Positions 1 through 13,701 of a DNA stretch of 64,000 nucleotides are shown here, in pieces. The DNA comes from Octopus bimaculoides (lineage: Eukaryota). The stretch's first letter is position 1, and every line of letters starts with the position of its first letter. Both the position numbers and the translations under genes were made by a program. The stretch is from the NCBI RefSeq assembly GCF_001194135.2, contig NC_068987.1, positions 106,578,414 to 106,642,413 on the forward strand. The letters run 5' to 3'. Under the pieces are notes generated by a model. It was not told the DNA's origin and made no database searches. It worked only from the letters and a program-made list of their open reading frames with translations.

Positions 1-982
1 AAATTTAAATATATATACTGAAGGTGATAAATTGAATACTAATTTAATTAACATCAATTTAACACCAGTGACCTAGCATACAAAAAAATTTGAAAATTCA
101 GAAAAATTGTAAAACGTGCGTATAAGAAGTGATGACTACTAAGTGGACATCCGATATGCTAGAAAGAGATCGTCTACGATCTAACCACAAAGAAAAGAAT
201 GTTCTCTATGTATATGTATATATGTGTATATATATAAAATAGCTAGTTCTCTATGTATATGTATATGTATATANNNNNNNNNNNNNNNNNNNNNNNNNNN
301 NNNNNNNNNNNNNNNNNNNNNNNNNNNNNNNNNNNNNNNNNNNNNNNNNNNNNNNNNNNNNNNNNNNNNNNNNNNNNNNNNNNNNNNNNNNNNNNNNNNN
401 NNNNNNNNNNNNNNNNNNNNNNNNNNNNNNNNNNNNNNNNNNNNNNNNNNNNNNNNNNNNNNNNNNNNNNNNNNNNNNNNNNNNNNNNNNNNNNNNNNNN
501 NNNNNNNNNNNNNNNNNNNNNNNNNNNNNNNNNNNNNNNNNNNNNNNNNNNNNNNNNNNNNNNNNNNNNNNNNNNNNNNNNNNNNNNNNNNNNNNNNNNN
601 NNNNNNNNNNNNNNNNNNNNNNNNNNNNNNNNNNNNNNNNNNNNNNNNNNNNNNNNNNNNNNNNNNNNNNNNNNNNNNNNNNNNNNNNNNNNNNNNNNNN
701 NNNNNNNNNNNNNNNNNNNNNNNNNNNNNNNNNNNNNNNNNNNNNNNNNNNNNNNNNNNNNNNNNNNNNNNNNNNNNNNNNNNNNNNNNNNNNNNNNNNN
801 NNNNNNNNNNNNNNNNNNNNNNNNNNNNNNNNNNNNNNNNNNNNNNNNNNNNNNNNNNNNNNNNNNNNNNNNNNNNNNNNNNNNNNNNNNNNNNNNNNNN
901 NNNNNNNNNNNNNNNNNNNNNNNNNNNNNNNNNNNNNNNNNNNNNNNNNNNNNNNNNNNNNNNNNNNNNNNNNNNNNNNNNN

Positions 983-1020
<38 letters not shown>

Positions 1021-1828
1021 TTATGTATGTATATACACATGAGTAGATGTATGAGTGCATATTTCTTTGACTGTGTGTTTGTGAGTGTATCTGTTTCACT
1101 GTCTATAATTTTACTTCTGAGGGTGTGTATGGGTGTGTATATTCGTTCATATACGTATGTACATTTGTTCATATGCATATAAAATTTATGAAGATTTATT
1201 GTTTTGTGGTTTTCTACTTACAGGAGAATCTCAGACAGAGAAAGACAAGGACAGAGACAGACTGACAAGGAATCACACAAACAGTTAGACACTTCGAGAA
1301 ATATTATACCGAGGAAAATGTACGTGCATTCACATACATATGCATTCAATTGGAAAATACATTCCTTCATAAACTGAGGTATATTGTTACATATAGAATA
1401 TCTGGGTTTGTTTTAGCATAATTTTCTACGCTTTACTTACTTTGACATACACGCTGACATACTATCGTTCACTTTCATCCTTCATATCTTTCTTGGTCCC
1501 TCTGTATGTATTCAGTTATCTGTCTGATTCTTTCTCTTTCTGCCTATCAATCTTCGTCCTAATTCCCCTTCCGCGTATGTTAAGCAGTACACACACATAC
1601 ACACACATCCGTATACACATGCATACAAATACGCACACACGCGGATGCAGACACCACACAAGCACATATACACACACATATACACACAAACAAAAGCAAG
1701 CAAAATACAAAATGATACGTAAGCATCTCTATCTGTCATTTTCTCTCCCGACACACACAAACACAAACACACACACATGTATGTATGTATGTATGTATGT
1801 ATGTACGTACGCATGTACATGTGTATAT

Positions 1829-1923
1829 GAAGGCCCGTAATGTAGGAATTTGAGTATTGAGCTCACACTCGTGAGTTCGTTTCCAAGCGGCGCGTTGTGT
1901 CCTTGAGCAAGTAAGTTTATTTC
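1829..1923 (+). mobile_element. Degenerate SINE 5' fragment (tRNA-like head plus CORE-like segment)
   Basis: Contains gtgagttcgtttcc (B-box-like) followed by ttgtgtccttgagcaag..tttatttc, the same segment seen in the better-preserved copies at 36722-37036 and 40347-40675. Confidence 0.45.
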
Positions 1924-3819
1924 GCGCCAATATCTCATGTGTATATACACACATACATACATATATNNNNNNNNNNNNNNNNNNNNNNNNNNNNNNNNNN
2001 NNNNNNNNNNNNNNNNNNNNNNNNNNNNNNNNNNNNNNNNNNNNNNNNNNNNNNNNNNNNNNNNNNNNNNNNNNNNNNNNNNNNNNNNNNNNNNNNNNNN
2101 NNNNNNNNNNNNNNNNNNNNNNNNNNNNNNNNNNNNNNNNNNNNNNNNNNNNNNNNNNNNNNNNNNNNNNNNNNNNNNNNNNNNNNNNNNNNNNNNNNNN
2201 NNNNNNNNNNNNNNNNNNNNNNNNNNNNNNNNNNNNNNNNNNNNNNNNNNNNNNNNNNNNNNNNNNNNNNNNNNNNNNNNNNNNNNNNNNNNNNNNNNNN
2301 NNNNNNNNNNNNNNNNNNNNNNNNNNNNNNNNNNNNNNNNNNNNNNNNNNNNNNNNNNNNNNNNNNNNNNNNNNNNNNNNNNNNNNNNNNNNNNNNNNNN
2401 NNNNNNNNNNNNNNNNNNNNNNNNNNNNNNNNNNNNNNNNNNNNNNNNNNNNNNNNNNNNNNNNNNNNNNNNNNNNNNNATATACATATATATATATAGT
2501 TATATATATGCAGAATCACGCACACACCAACACATAAGCACGCACCTACAAACATGAATACGTGTGTCCGTATGTCTTTTTATGTATCTGTGTGTGTGTG
2601 TGCGTGTATGGGTGTATTAGTTTGTGTTTAATGCGTGTGTGTTGATTACTGATAATTTTCTATTATACATGAATATAAGTAGTAATATATGCATGAAAAT
2701 TTGTCTATAGTAATAGTAGCCGAAGTAGCTTGAATCATCATTCTGATTTGCATTTTAGAAACTACTCATACGAGCAGGAAGATGACCGTATCTATGCACA
2801 GATGTTCGTAAATATAACGGCGTATATGATTGCTACCTCAATAAACGGCTTCGAAAATGAACCACATATACATCTCTTCATCTACTATTAGCAGAATTTA
2901 CACACAATAACGCGCACACATACACTCACAGCTATATGTGAATCAAAAACATGTTATATATTCGTATAAGTATCACGTGAATAACGTAAATATACAAGGA
3001 AAGAGGGCATTGTTAATGCTGTTATAATGTTGATATAAAATACATGGCATTAGTCTATAGCAATAATGTTTTGCTAGAAGCAGGTTTAGTAAGAGTACAA
3101 AATCGCCTATCGCAACAATATAGGGCTATAACAGTTAAGGTGCAATTTTGATGAAGTCCATGTTCAAAGAGAATAATAGCGAGCTTTCACTATTAAGTTT
3201 TCTGGAATTAAAATGGTTAATGTATGTTGTATACTTTTCAGAAGAAAACCTTACATTAATGGGTTTTCTATTAAACATTTTATGGAAACTACGATGCATC
3301 GGAAAATGGAAAGAGATTAAACTGAAGCATTTTTTGGCAATATATGAGCGTACATTTAATCTAAAAGCTAAATTATGCCATACAGTATTTCTTGATCTAT
3401 CTTTACATTTGAGGATATTAGTCTGCGTACGGTGTCTTTTAATTTATCCACAAAGCCACTATTACAAAACCTCGTTAGATGAATGAAAAGTGGTAATGGA
3501 CCAAGCCTCATCTGAAAACAGTGATGCTCCAAGTTTACAAATATATCAGACTAAATATCATAGAATGATGGTGGGGAGTGTAATACAAATCCTTATTTAC
3601 ATAAAATAATCATTAATTAGGTTTTCAGCAAGAGTGAAATTTGCTCGCTTCTTAGTTTAAAGTAATATCCATAAAATAAACCCTATTAAGATTAGTGTCA
3701 CCCGTAATTCGTAAAGTTATTCCACTAAAAAGGTTTATGAGCGTCCTTTTCTAAATCTACCGATCTTGTGACTGTTCAATCGGTGCGAATCTCTCATTTC
3801 GTTCTATGTCTCTCTCGTC

Positions 3820-3859
<40 letters not shown>

Positions 3860-4119
3860 GATATATGCATACATGCATATATATATATATATATATATAT
3901 ATGCATATATATGTATATATACACACATATATGTGTAGTATGTGTTTGTGTATGTATACATATACATATGTACACATAACTATTTGGATTGAAATGCATA
4001 AATGTTTGCGTATATTTTTGTGCCTGTGTGGGTGTGTTCGTGTGTCTGTTTGCTAGTATGTATTCGAAAATGTCTGTGAAAATCACTCATACCCTTTTTT
4101 TTCTTACTCTCTCTGTTTG

Positions 4120-4172
<53 letters not shown>

Positions 4173-4574
4173 CTCGTTTTCTTTCAGTCTACAAAAGTGT
4201 TATAAGTGCTATTGGTAATGCTATTATCTAAAATATATGTGTAGCAGTAGAGGCATCGTATAGAGAAGAACTTATCATCTCCTCCTAGTCGTTTCTTTGT
4301 TCTATCAAGAGAATATTACATTCGAATTAATAACGTTTATCGACAAAATTATTCTATTATTGCAAATTGCCCAACAATTCTTTTCTAGTTTCACAGACCA
4401 CATATTTTCTTTTATCTTTTTCGCTGTACGTTTTTGTACTCTTTTATTTCCTTTTTCTCCTGCTCCGTTTTACGAAACAATGGCTATTTTATCTATTTCA
4501 CTATCTTTGACTTTATGATGTTAGATTTATAGTTTGTCATTTAGCAAAAGCGATATTAGAATTTATGCTTTGGC

Positions 4575-4762
4575 TTTTATCTTTTACGAATTCCAGTCAT
4601 TGGACTACGGCCATGCTGGTGCTCCGCTTTGAAGGGGTTTAGTCAGAAAAATTGACCCCAGTATTTGTTATTTGTTTTAAGCTTGTTACTTATTGTATTG
4701 GTGACTTATGCTGAACTGTTAAGTTACGGAAACGCAAATGAACCGACCTCGGTTGTCAAGCG
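4575..4762 (-). mobile_element. 3' half of the SINE family represented at 44604-45013
   Basis: The reverse complement (cgcttgacaaccgag...ccgtaacttaacagttcagc...ggagcaccagcatggccgtagtccaatgactg) aligns by eye with 44830-45000. Confidence 0.7.
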
Positions 4763-5033
4763 AAGTGTGTGTGCCAGGGAGGAGGGGAAGGACAGGACAC
4801 GGATATTTTGGGAATAATTGTGGCTATTGATTTTGACCTCAGGTCAAAACATAATTACTGACGTTCTTAGCCATGGCCATCTCCTCTGTTCTTTGTTTTT
4901 TCGGACATTACATGAAGCATCCTTCATTATTTGTCTATTTACACTATACTTTAAAACATGTCGAATAGCCATATAAAGGCATACATCTCGACTCCTTTGA
5001 ACACCAATTAGCTGTTGCTATGTACATCTTCTT

Positions 5034-5411
5034 TTGGCACTCCATCGCTTACGACATCGAGGGTTCCAGTTGATCCGAGCAACGGAACAGCCAGCTCGTG
5101 AAATTAACATGCAAGTGGCTGAGCACTCCACGGACACGTGTACCCTTAACGTAGTTCTAGGGGATATTCAGCGTGACACAGTGTGACAAGGCTGACCCTT
5201 TGAATTACAGGTACAACAGAAACAGGATGAAAGAGTGAGAGAAAGTTGTGGTGAAAGAGTACAGCATGGTCGCCACCGTCCTCTTCTGGAGCCTCGTGGA
5301 GCTTTTAGGTGTTTTTGCTTAATAAACACTCACAGCGCCCAGCCTGGGAATCGTAACCGCGATCCTATGACCGCGAGTCCGCTGCCCTAACCACTGTGCC
5401 ATTGCGCCTCC
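5034..5411 (-). mobile_element. Full-length tRNA-derived SINE
   Basis: The minus strand begins ggaggcgcaaTGGCACAGTGGttagggcagcggactcgcggtcataggatcgcGGTTACGATTCCC (A- and B-box-like). The head is nearly identical to 26657-26727 and the 3' ~190 bp is shared with 36722-36905. Confidence 0.85.
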
Positions 5412-7224
5412 ACCGCTATATAATATACAAATACATATATACACGGGCACACACACACACACCCACACACACACACACACACACACATACAGGCATTACT
5501 ATGAAGCACATAACCTTTCCGAGAGAACCACTTTACCTATTTTCATTTCCCTCTGTGAAATCCTTCCTTTTTGTTTAACTTTTTCAAAAGTGGTTTCTTC
5601 TTCATGAACTTCCTCAATCATTACAGGACAATATATTGGCGCTCATTCTGAGTTGCTCATATAATTTTGACTACAAAATGTTTTTAATGCTAAATGTTAT
5701 CTGTTTTGCTCAGCAAACAGACAACACTTGCCTTGCTATGATCTGTGTGGTATTGTCAACTGGGTAGAGCTCTGCGATATCTTTATGAATGCGGGTGGAC
5801 ACTAGACTTAAACAGTTTTCCACAAATTTCTTGACTTCATGAATCTTTACATTAACTCTGTAATTGCCATCAGTTCATCATGTGATACAAACATGACGAC
5901 CGGCCATGATACAAATATTGTGACTAGCCACGGTTAAGCATGCTTTCCAATGTTTTTGATCATTAATCTTATATTTCTCTGTTCCGAATATTTTTGAAAT
6001 AAACGTATCAACAGAGATGCGTCGGGCAGTTTTAAAGTGATTTGCTGAGCCTTCTGTCTTGTAAAATTAAGCAACTAAACTTAAAACTGATCCTATTTTA
6101 TCAAGAGTTTATCTTCCAATATTTTGTACTATCTTTCATCGGTTCCTACGTCAGTGGAAATTTGAAACTGCAGCAATTTATTTCAAGGCACAGTTATGCT
6201 ATCGTTTACTTTAGCTTCACTTAGATTAAGTTACTTTGGCAAAATTATGTAACTTAATTACTTTTTCTTTGAAATTCATCAATAATAAAAGTACTTTATA
6301 TTTGATAATGGAGTTAAAGCTAGTTTAATAATATATCTAAACGCATTGCCATATGCGTGAGTTTTATTACTGCTAAAGCTGCCGTTAAAAATATTTATCG
6401 AAGTAGCCATAATTTTTTATATTACATATTCATATAAATCGTTGTAACTATTCATTCCTTTGTATATTTTGTTTATGCTTTGTCTAATTTGCTCTGGGCA
6501 ATAGAGAATATAGGTTTCAAATTTCGGCACAGGGCACCAATTTTGAATGGTGGGATAGTCGTTAACATTGTATTATTTATTTTGACACTGAAAATATGAA
6601 AGGTAAAAAAAAGGGCAAAAAAGGAAACGGCCGAAATGCTGCTAAGCATTTTCCGGCGTGCTAAAGATCGTGTCACATCACGCTTTAGTCAATATGTATA
6701 TTTAAAATAAACCCCACAAACTTGTAAATAAATATTTTTAGAAGGTGTATCTTCTGTTCAAAGTAGAAACCACACATTTAACATAAACACAGGCAAGAAA
6801 GATATCGATAGAGTAAGTACCAGACTTAATGAAATATTCACTGTTCCTAATATGATACATGAAGACGCATGAAAGATATCCACAAACCAGTGACAGAAAT
6901 CAGTGAAGGAATCGGAATATCCAGAGAGCAAACATTGTCAGATAATTTTCGCTTAGCTTAGCTACTTCCTTTGAGTAATTAAGATGGTTTCCTTGCAAAG
7001 GATTAGGAAAAACTTATAAGCTTTATCTTTAACGCATGGATGTATATTTTACAATCGCATTTGAATTCATGAAGATCGTATGCACATATATGGATGGAAG
7101 TGTATGTGTAAGCATGTATTACATATATAAATATGCACACATATATATTCACAAATATATTTGCATATATGTATGTATGTATCTACGTATGAATCAATCA
7201 ATCTATCTATATATTATATATATG

Positions 7225-7286
<62 letters not shown>

Positions 7287-7313
7287 TAGATAGATAGATA
7301 CGTATATGTATGT

Positions 7314-7365
<52 letters not shown>

Positions 7366-7840
7366 ACACACACACATATATATATATGCATATTTAAATG
7401 TATATATATGCAGATATGTTTCACTCATGTGTGTGTATTTATGCGAGATTTTTCTAGCCTGTGTATGTATTATATACATCAGATTAGTTTCAGATAAGCA
7501 TATAAACACTTTATGTATTCAAAATCATTTATGTACGAATGCAACATAAATCCTCATTTGAGCGTACATCATACAGATGAGTATGAACATATACATACCA
7601 ACGCGCAAAAGTTCCTATGAGCGTATATACGGGGTAACGGGATATATCAAGGTGTTTTGTAACAGATGGGCTTGCTACAAAAATTATTCAATCAAAAATT
7701 AACTCATAATTAAATGAAGACAATAGGGTAAAGGTATACCACCTATATGGGAATAAATAGAGTGAAGAATCAGTGTAAGGCAGTGTAAATGAATACAAGG
7801 TCACCTGAGGTAATAGTTTAACGCTCGGGAAGTGAAACAG

Positions 7841-7880
7841 TCTTTAACGTTTCGAGCCTACGCTCTTCCACAGCAAGGAA
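7841..7880 (-). ncRNA. Minimal type-I hammerhead-ribozyme-like motif with non-canonical core, possibly from a Penelope-like terminal repeat
   Basis: The minus strand reads ccttg-CUGUGGA-a-gagc-guag-gcuc-GAAA-CGUU-aaaga: a 4-bp stem II, GAAA and a palindromic (A)ACGU(U) stem III. The core has U where CUGANGA has A, and stem I pairs only partially. Confidence 0.4.
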
Positions 7881-8018
7881 CACAGAAAGAAACGACGAGA
7901 AAAAAAAGAGAGAAAATAAAGAATGTGTATATTCATTTTATTATAAATGCCAAACAAGACCATCGACGCAAGCTTAAATAATAAAGGGCGATATGTGAGC
8001 AGCGATATAGTTAGGGAT

Positions 8019-8054
<36 letters not shown>

Positions 8055-8417
8055 AAATGAATATATGCAAGTTATAAAAAAAATTACGATACATTACTGT
8101 GTCTACTTTGCGGATTTTCACCTATCGCCGAGGCCTTAGAACATAACACCCGTGATAATCAAGGGTTTACTGTATATATATATGTGTGTGTTTGTTTGTG
8201 TGTATGTGTCCATGTATCTATCTGTCTACCAATGTACGTATGTATGTATGTATGTATGTATCTCTCTCTCTCTATGTATATATATATATATACAATATAT
8301 TTATATACATATATATAGATATATTTATATATGTGTGTACATATATATATATATACATACATATATTAGTATGTATATGTATGTATATATATATATATAT
8401 ATATATACACATGTGTT

Positions 8418-8645
8418 ATTTCTTTACTACCCACAAGGGGCTACACAGAGAGGGGACAAACAAGGACAGACAAACGGATTAAATCGATTATATCGACTCC
8501 AGTGCGTAACTGGTATTTATTTAATCGACCCCGAAAGGATGAAAGGCAAAGTCGACCTCGGCGGAATTTGAACTCTGAGCGTAGCGTGCAGACAAAATAC
8601 CGCTGAGCATTTCGCCGGGCGTGCTAACGCTTCTGCCAGCTCGCC
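8418..8645 (-). mobile_element. Full-length tRNA-derived SINE (ggcgagctggcagaa-type head, tail type 1)
   Basis: The minus strand reads ggcgagcTGGCAGAAGCGttagcacgcccggcgaaatgc...GAGTTCAAATTCCgccgaggtcgactttgcctttcatcc...tagccccttgtggg and is homologous to the units at 24481-24928. Confidence 0.85.
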
Positions 8646-8924
8646 TATACATGAGTGTGTGCTTGTGTGCGTTGGTATATATGTATATGCATATATGCAT
8701 GTGTGCATGTCTTTATCTATATGTTTGCAAAATACACACACATACACACACATACACACACACTCACACACGCACTCATATATATATATATTTATGGATG
8801 TATACATATGTATATGCATTTAAACGTATATCTATCTATACACGTCTACTTGGGTGCAGTTAGAATATGTACGTATGCTGGGATTATTTTTATGCATGCA
8901 TGTTTTTATATTAAGCTCTTTGAG

Positions 8925-8955
<31 letters not shown>

Positions 8956-9101
8956 TTTTACTTTCATGCTTTCACACGTTTCATCCCTAAGGCTGTACAT
9001 GTGTGTGTGTGCATGTGTTTGTGAATATACATATACATATACATGCATACATACATACATGTACACACACACACACATGCATATATATGTATATCTATCT
9101 A

Positions 9102-9132
<31 letters not shown>

Positions 9133-11165
9133 GTCTGAGTGCATAGATAAAAGTGTTTGCATGTATGGGTGTTATCAGTCCGTATATATGGAGATTCTGG
9201 GTAAATGGCTAATAGTAGTGAGGAGAGGAGAAATAAAAATATCAATAGATAGACAGTTTAAATAGATCTGAGGAAGGTTGCTTAAGATCCCTTAAGACCG
9301 TGTATTTGTTTTACTGATCTAAATAATTTTGTTCCACAATAGTACTTAGACCAAACTGCTTGAGAGAAAAGAACCCTTAGATAAAGCAATGTCGGGAGAC
9401 ATAAAAGAGATTATAACTGACAAATTTAATCTGCTTCTAGTATTTTGGGGCGAAGCTTTGAATACAGAAGTTCTGGGGAAAAACTGTTTGAAGATGGAAG
9501 TTTAGCTTAATATATGTATCGTTTATTATCGTACACTGCTTACTATAGCTTAATTCTCTTAACATAAAAAGAATATTGATACAAAGCAAAACAAAGTCTT
9601 AGCAAGAAAGGAATGCATCTGAGTTTGTTGCTAATTTGAAGTGTCGGAACGTTGAGATATTAATTGTTGCATTGGTTGGTTGCATGGTTTGTTGGTTGGT
9701 GGTAGCTGTTGTATTAGCAAAATGACTGGCTGTTTCAGTTAGTTTCTCATAGATATGGCCGTGCATTATGTTGTCTGCGAAGACGGAGTTGTTGATAATG
9801 GTGGTATAATCAGTAGAAGCGAGAACTAAATTCTATGCAATATTTAGTTACTTGCGTTCTGATTCCTAATGACATCGACGTAAAATTTTGTCGTTCATTT
9901 TATGCGCATTTTTGCTTTTGTTGTTTACTAGTTAGTACCCGAGTAATTCTAATCGTACAGTCCTTTGATCTATGGCTTTCTAGCCGTGATCACTCCACAT
10001 GTTATGTTTCTACACAGTGTAACCTATCTCCATTGTTGAGAGCCACACGCTACCAGTTAACAGCAATCTCCCCAATGTGGATAAACTTGAAGTGATTGTG
10101 GTGGAAGGAGGAAGACAGCCCAGACAATTCTGAGACAGTTAAAATGAGTGGCAAGCTGAGAGAGAGATATATTGGCAGACAAACAGATACATAAGCATAG
10201 AGTTATATAGGCAGAAAGACAAATATATAGGCAGACAGACAGATATTTAGGCAGACAGACTTATAAACGGACATATATATACACAGGCAGATATATTGAC
10301 AGGCAGATATATTGACAGACAGATATATATGTAGGCAGATTGATATATTAACAGACAAACAGATATATACGAAGACTAGGTACTAGTTGACTTTTTAACA
10401 ACTGTGCCAATTGACCAATTAAGTGTCGATTAGTCTATAACTTCCCTATTTATGACAGCATGATACACTTTGAATTAGAAGTCGCTGATTCTAATAGGGT
10501 GACCAGTAAAATCTCTCTACACTATTTGCCAGCTCCGTTCAATACAAACGACTTTTCTATTCCATGGAAGTGTGCGATCTTATTTACTGAGAGAAAAAGC
10601 AACAACAACAACAACAAAAGACAATAATAAAAAAAAGACATTAATATTCTAGTGCTGTATTATTTTCGGGAAATGGATCCTTGATCTAGTTGTTTAGAAA
10701 GTACATCAACACCTATGTTATCGAATTTGCGATGAACGAAAATGAGCACAATTTTAAGGTGAAATGCTTTAACTAATTAGTCGTTAACCCTTTCAGATGA
10801 TTCGGAGTGATATTAGAGATAATTGGCTACCATATGTAGTAGACTCAACGATCTTAATCTGTAATTACTGTGTGTAGAGTAATTAGTAAGGGAACATCTC
10901 ATGTGTAGAGTAATTAGTAAGGGAACATCTCGTGCGGTTGTTTTTAAGGAATTATTAGACAAATGCAAAAAAGATGGGAAAAATCATGGATTAAATGCTG
11001 CTGATAAGTAAAAGTAAGAACAACGAAAATCATAAGATTTTAGAAACGAAATATTGTAATAGTATCTGATTTATATAAGCTAACTAACTCTATGTTCTTA
11101 ATATGGCGAAGTGTATCGTAAGTGCGTATAGTCAGTGGCACCATACCTAAATAAGGATCGGCAGG

Positions 11166-11284
<119 letters not shown>

Positions 11285-13487
11285 TAAATTAAAAAAATCC
11301 CTCCTTACACTATTTAGAATTTGAGCTCTAAGTTTTCTCTATATACAGGTAAACAAGTTCATTAAAAATTATTACAGAAAATTGATGTTGTTTACAATTC
11401 AATTGGTTAGATAATCTGCTCGTAAACGTTTACTAGTGAAATAATTAGTTGATTTGAACAATTAGCCAAGAGAAAGTTATTTATTCAAATAAAACTAATC
11501 GGTTGAAGTAATTCAATACACATTGTGACTATATATAGCAATCGGCTACATTTTTCCGCGTGGGCATACGATATGTTATTCTATTTCTGATGAAAATCAG
11601 AGGAGATTTAGAAACAGTCGTTTTTCTGTCGACGGAAAGATAAAAATAAATCATTTGTTTACAGTTGTCACAATACAGTAACGTTAGAGTGAAGTGTATT
11701 GTGAAAAATGGCTTCATGTGTATCACTTTACGCACATCTGCACACACAAACACACACACGCGCGCACACACATACACACACATAAGCACATGCACACCCG
11801 CATAGGTACACTGACGCGCATAGGTTTACTAACACGCACACACATTCTCTTTGTCACACACATATACATAAATAGATTATATTGTGAGTTATGTTTCTAG
11901 GTCAGCCCTGATCAAGTAGACATATATTCACAAAGCGTTTCATTCCCACCAATCCCACACTTTTTAGCTACACTTTATCAAAAATCGTATCTCTGATTTG
12001 ATGAAGCTTTGTTGTCATTTCAAGTGGGCCATTTACAGGTAGAGTTTTGACTATATCGTTCCTTTTGTAAGAAAGCAAATGGTGATTTAGTGAAGGTGTG
12101 AAAGTTAGTGGCTGAAAAGTGGTGTCTTGATCATGAGATCGTTGACATGAAGACCTGGGGACGTGGTTTTGTCCTCGAGCTTGTCACTTCGTTGCAGGTT
12201 GCTCAAGTTTACTTAAGTGAAAATGAGCTCCGACCCGAATAGAGTCTTTGAGTTGTGACAGAGCTCTATTCCAGCTGTCACGTCCTCAAAATTTTGCAAT
12301 TTCAAGAGTGCGATGGCTGAGTGGAGATCTAAGTCAACTTGTCCTTAAGAAGGCGCCATAGACACCTAAAACAACAAAAATTGGTACATGTCACTAATTT
12401 CTATACCCTTGCAAATTCACGGCTGCGACGTGTGATTTGCTAGTTGTAGCAGTTACAACGACCGCAAAGGCTTTCTTTCGTGGTCTCATTATTATACTGG
12501 GTACGCTATAGTTCAAAGTTAACTCCATTTCAGAAAAGTAAATATTACTTTTTTCTTGCTGTTTAAATATATTTTATCTTACACATAAACGGTTATTTAG
12601 TGAACATATAGTAGGTTTTACTTTTTGAAAGACAGCGAAATAAGCAACCGAGCTAGGGTTTAACATTCCTTAATTTTATTTTGAAAACGACTATTCAAAT
12701 ATGGTTTTTGCGCAGCCTTGTTCAAAAGAAAAGTCTGTCTGTCAATGGTTTATGTTTAGTTCACTTGTCTAAGAAAACAAACCCGAATGACATATGATAT
12801 AGGTTCTCAGTTCTTTGGTTGATCGTTCATAGTATTATATATTCCAGTCAACCCTTGCGAGATTCTTAAAGTGTCTCACTAAACAATATCTTGTTACTTC
12901 CTATTCTAAAAAAAAAATGTGCCCACGAGCCATCCAAGACAGGGTGGGAGCTCTGCTACGTTCCTTTGACCTGATAGAAACAGAAAGCAAATCTTTCACA
13001 AATCATATTCAACCTGCTAGAAATAGCAACCATTTCTCTCGTTCTCTCTCTATCTTTCAAATCAAAATTAACAATCTTCATAGAAACGAAGCATATTGGA
13101 TAAAACATTCTTATGAAAACAAAATGTCATGATTTCTATGGCTGTATTTTATGTTTTGTCATTGTTGTACTTGAGTTTGATCGAAACTGACGTTGAGCTA
13201 AAGAAAGAAAACAAAACACAAACATGTGACTGAATTTTCAGTGGTGGTGCGTATTGTGTATTAAACTGAAAGCAAACCATAAAAGAAAGGATTTATCCTT
13301 TCGTTTATTTGGAGGTAGGTGTGGGATACGTTAAAAAAAGTTTGCGTAGTAATTTAAGTGTTGTCGACCAAATACATATACAGTCGTTCACAGAATTATT
13401 TATAGCACGTCTACAATAAAGTGAATTGCATTTAGTTTAAAGCAAGATAAATTAGAGGTTCAATTACTATTAAAATTTAGGCCTAAG

Positions 13488-13701
13488 AAGGTAGCGTGCT
13501 GGTAGAATCGTTAGTGAACCGGGTAAAACGTTCAAGGGCATTTGTCCGTCTTTATCTTCTGGGTTCAAATTCCGTCGAGGTTAGCTTTGCTTTTCATGCT
13601 CTCGAGGTCGATAAAATAAACACCAGTTAAGCAATGGAGTCGATGTAATCGACTTAATCTCCCCTGAAATCGCAGGCCTTGTACCAAAATTTGAAACCAA
13701 T
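13488..13701 (+). mobile_element. Diverged SINE of the 8418-type head family, tail type 2
   Basis: gtgctggtagaatcgttag...gggttcaaattccgtcgagg...gtcgatgtaatcgactt...ggccttgtaccaaaatttgaaaccaat. Confidence 0.8.

Noticed and set aside
201-265. 20-bp repeat gttctctatgtatatgtata at 201 and 246
   Set aside because: It is mostly simple sequence next to an assembly gap and is uninformative.
3148-3486. 112-aa plus-strand ORF in non-repetitive AT-rich DNA
   Set aside because: It has a TTG start and no recognisable motif. Its composition is typical of chance ORFs in AT-rich DNA.
5340-5411. tRNA genes at the SINE heads (also 26657-26727, 40600-40675, 44604-44670)
   Set aside because: They have A/B boxes but no acceptor-stem closure, and they continue into SINE bodies.
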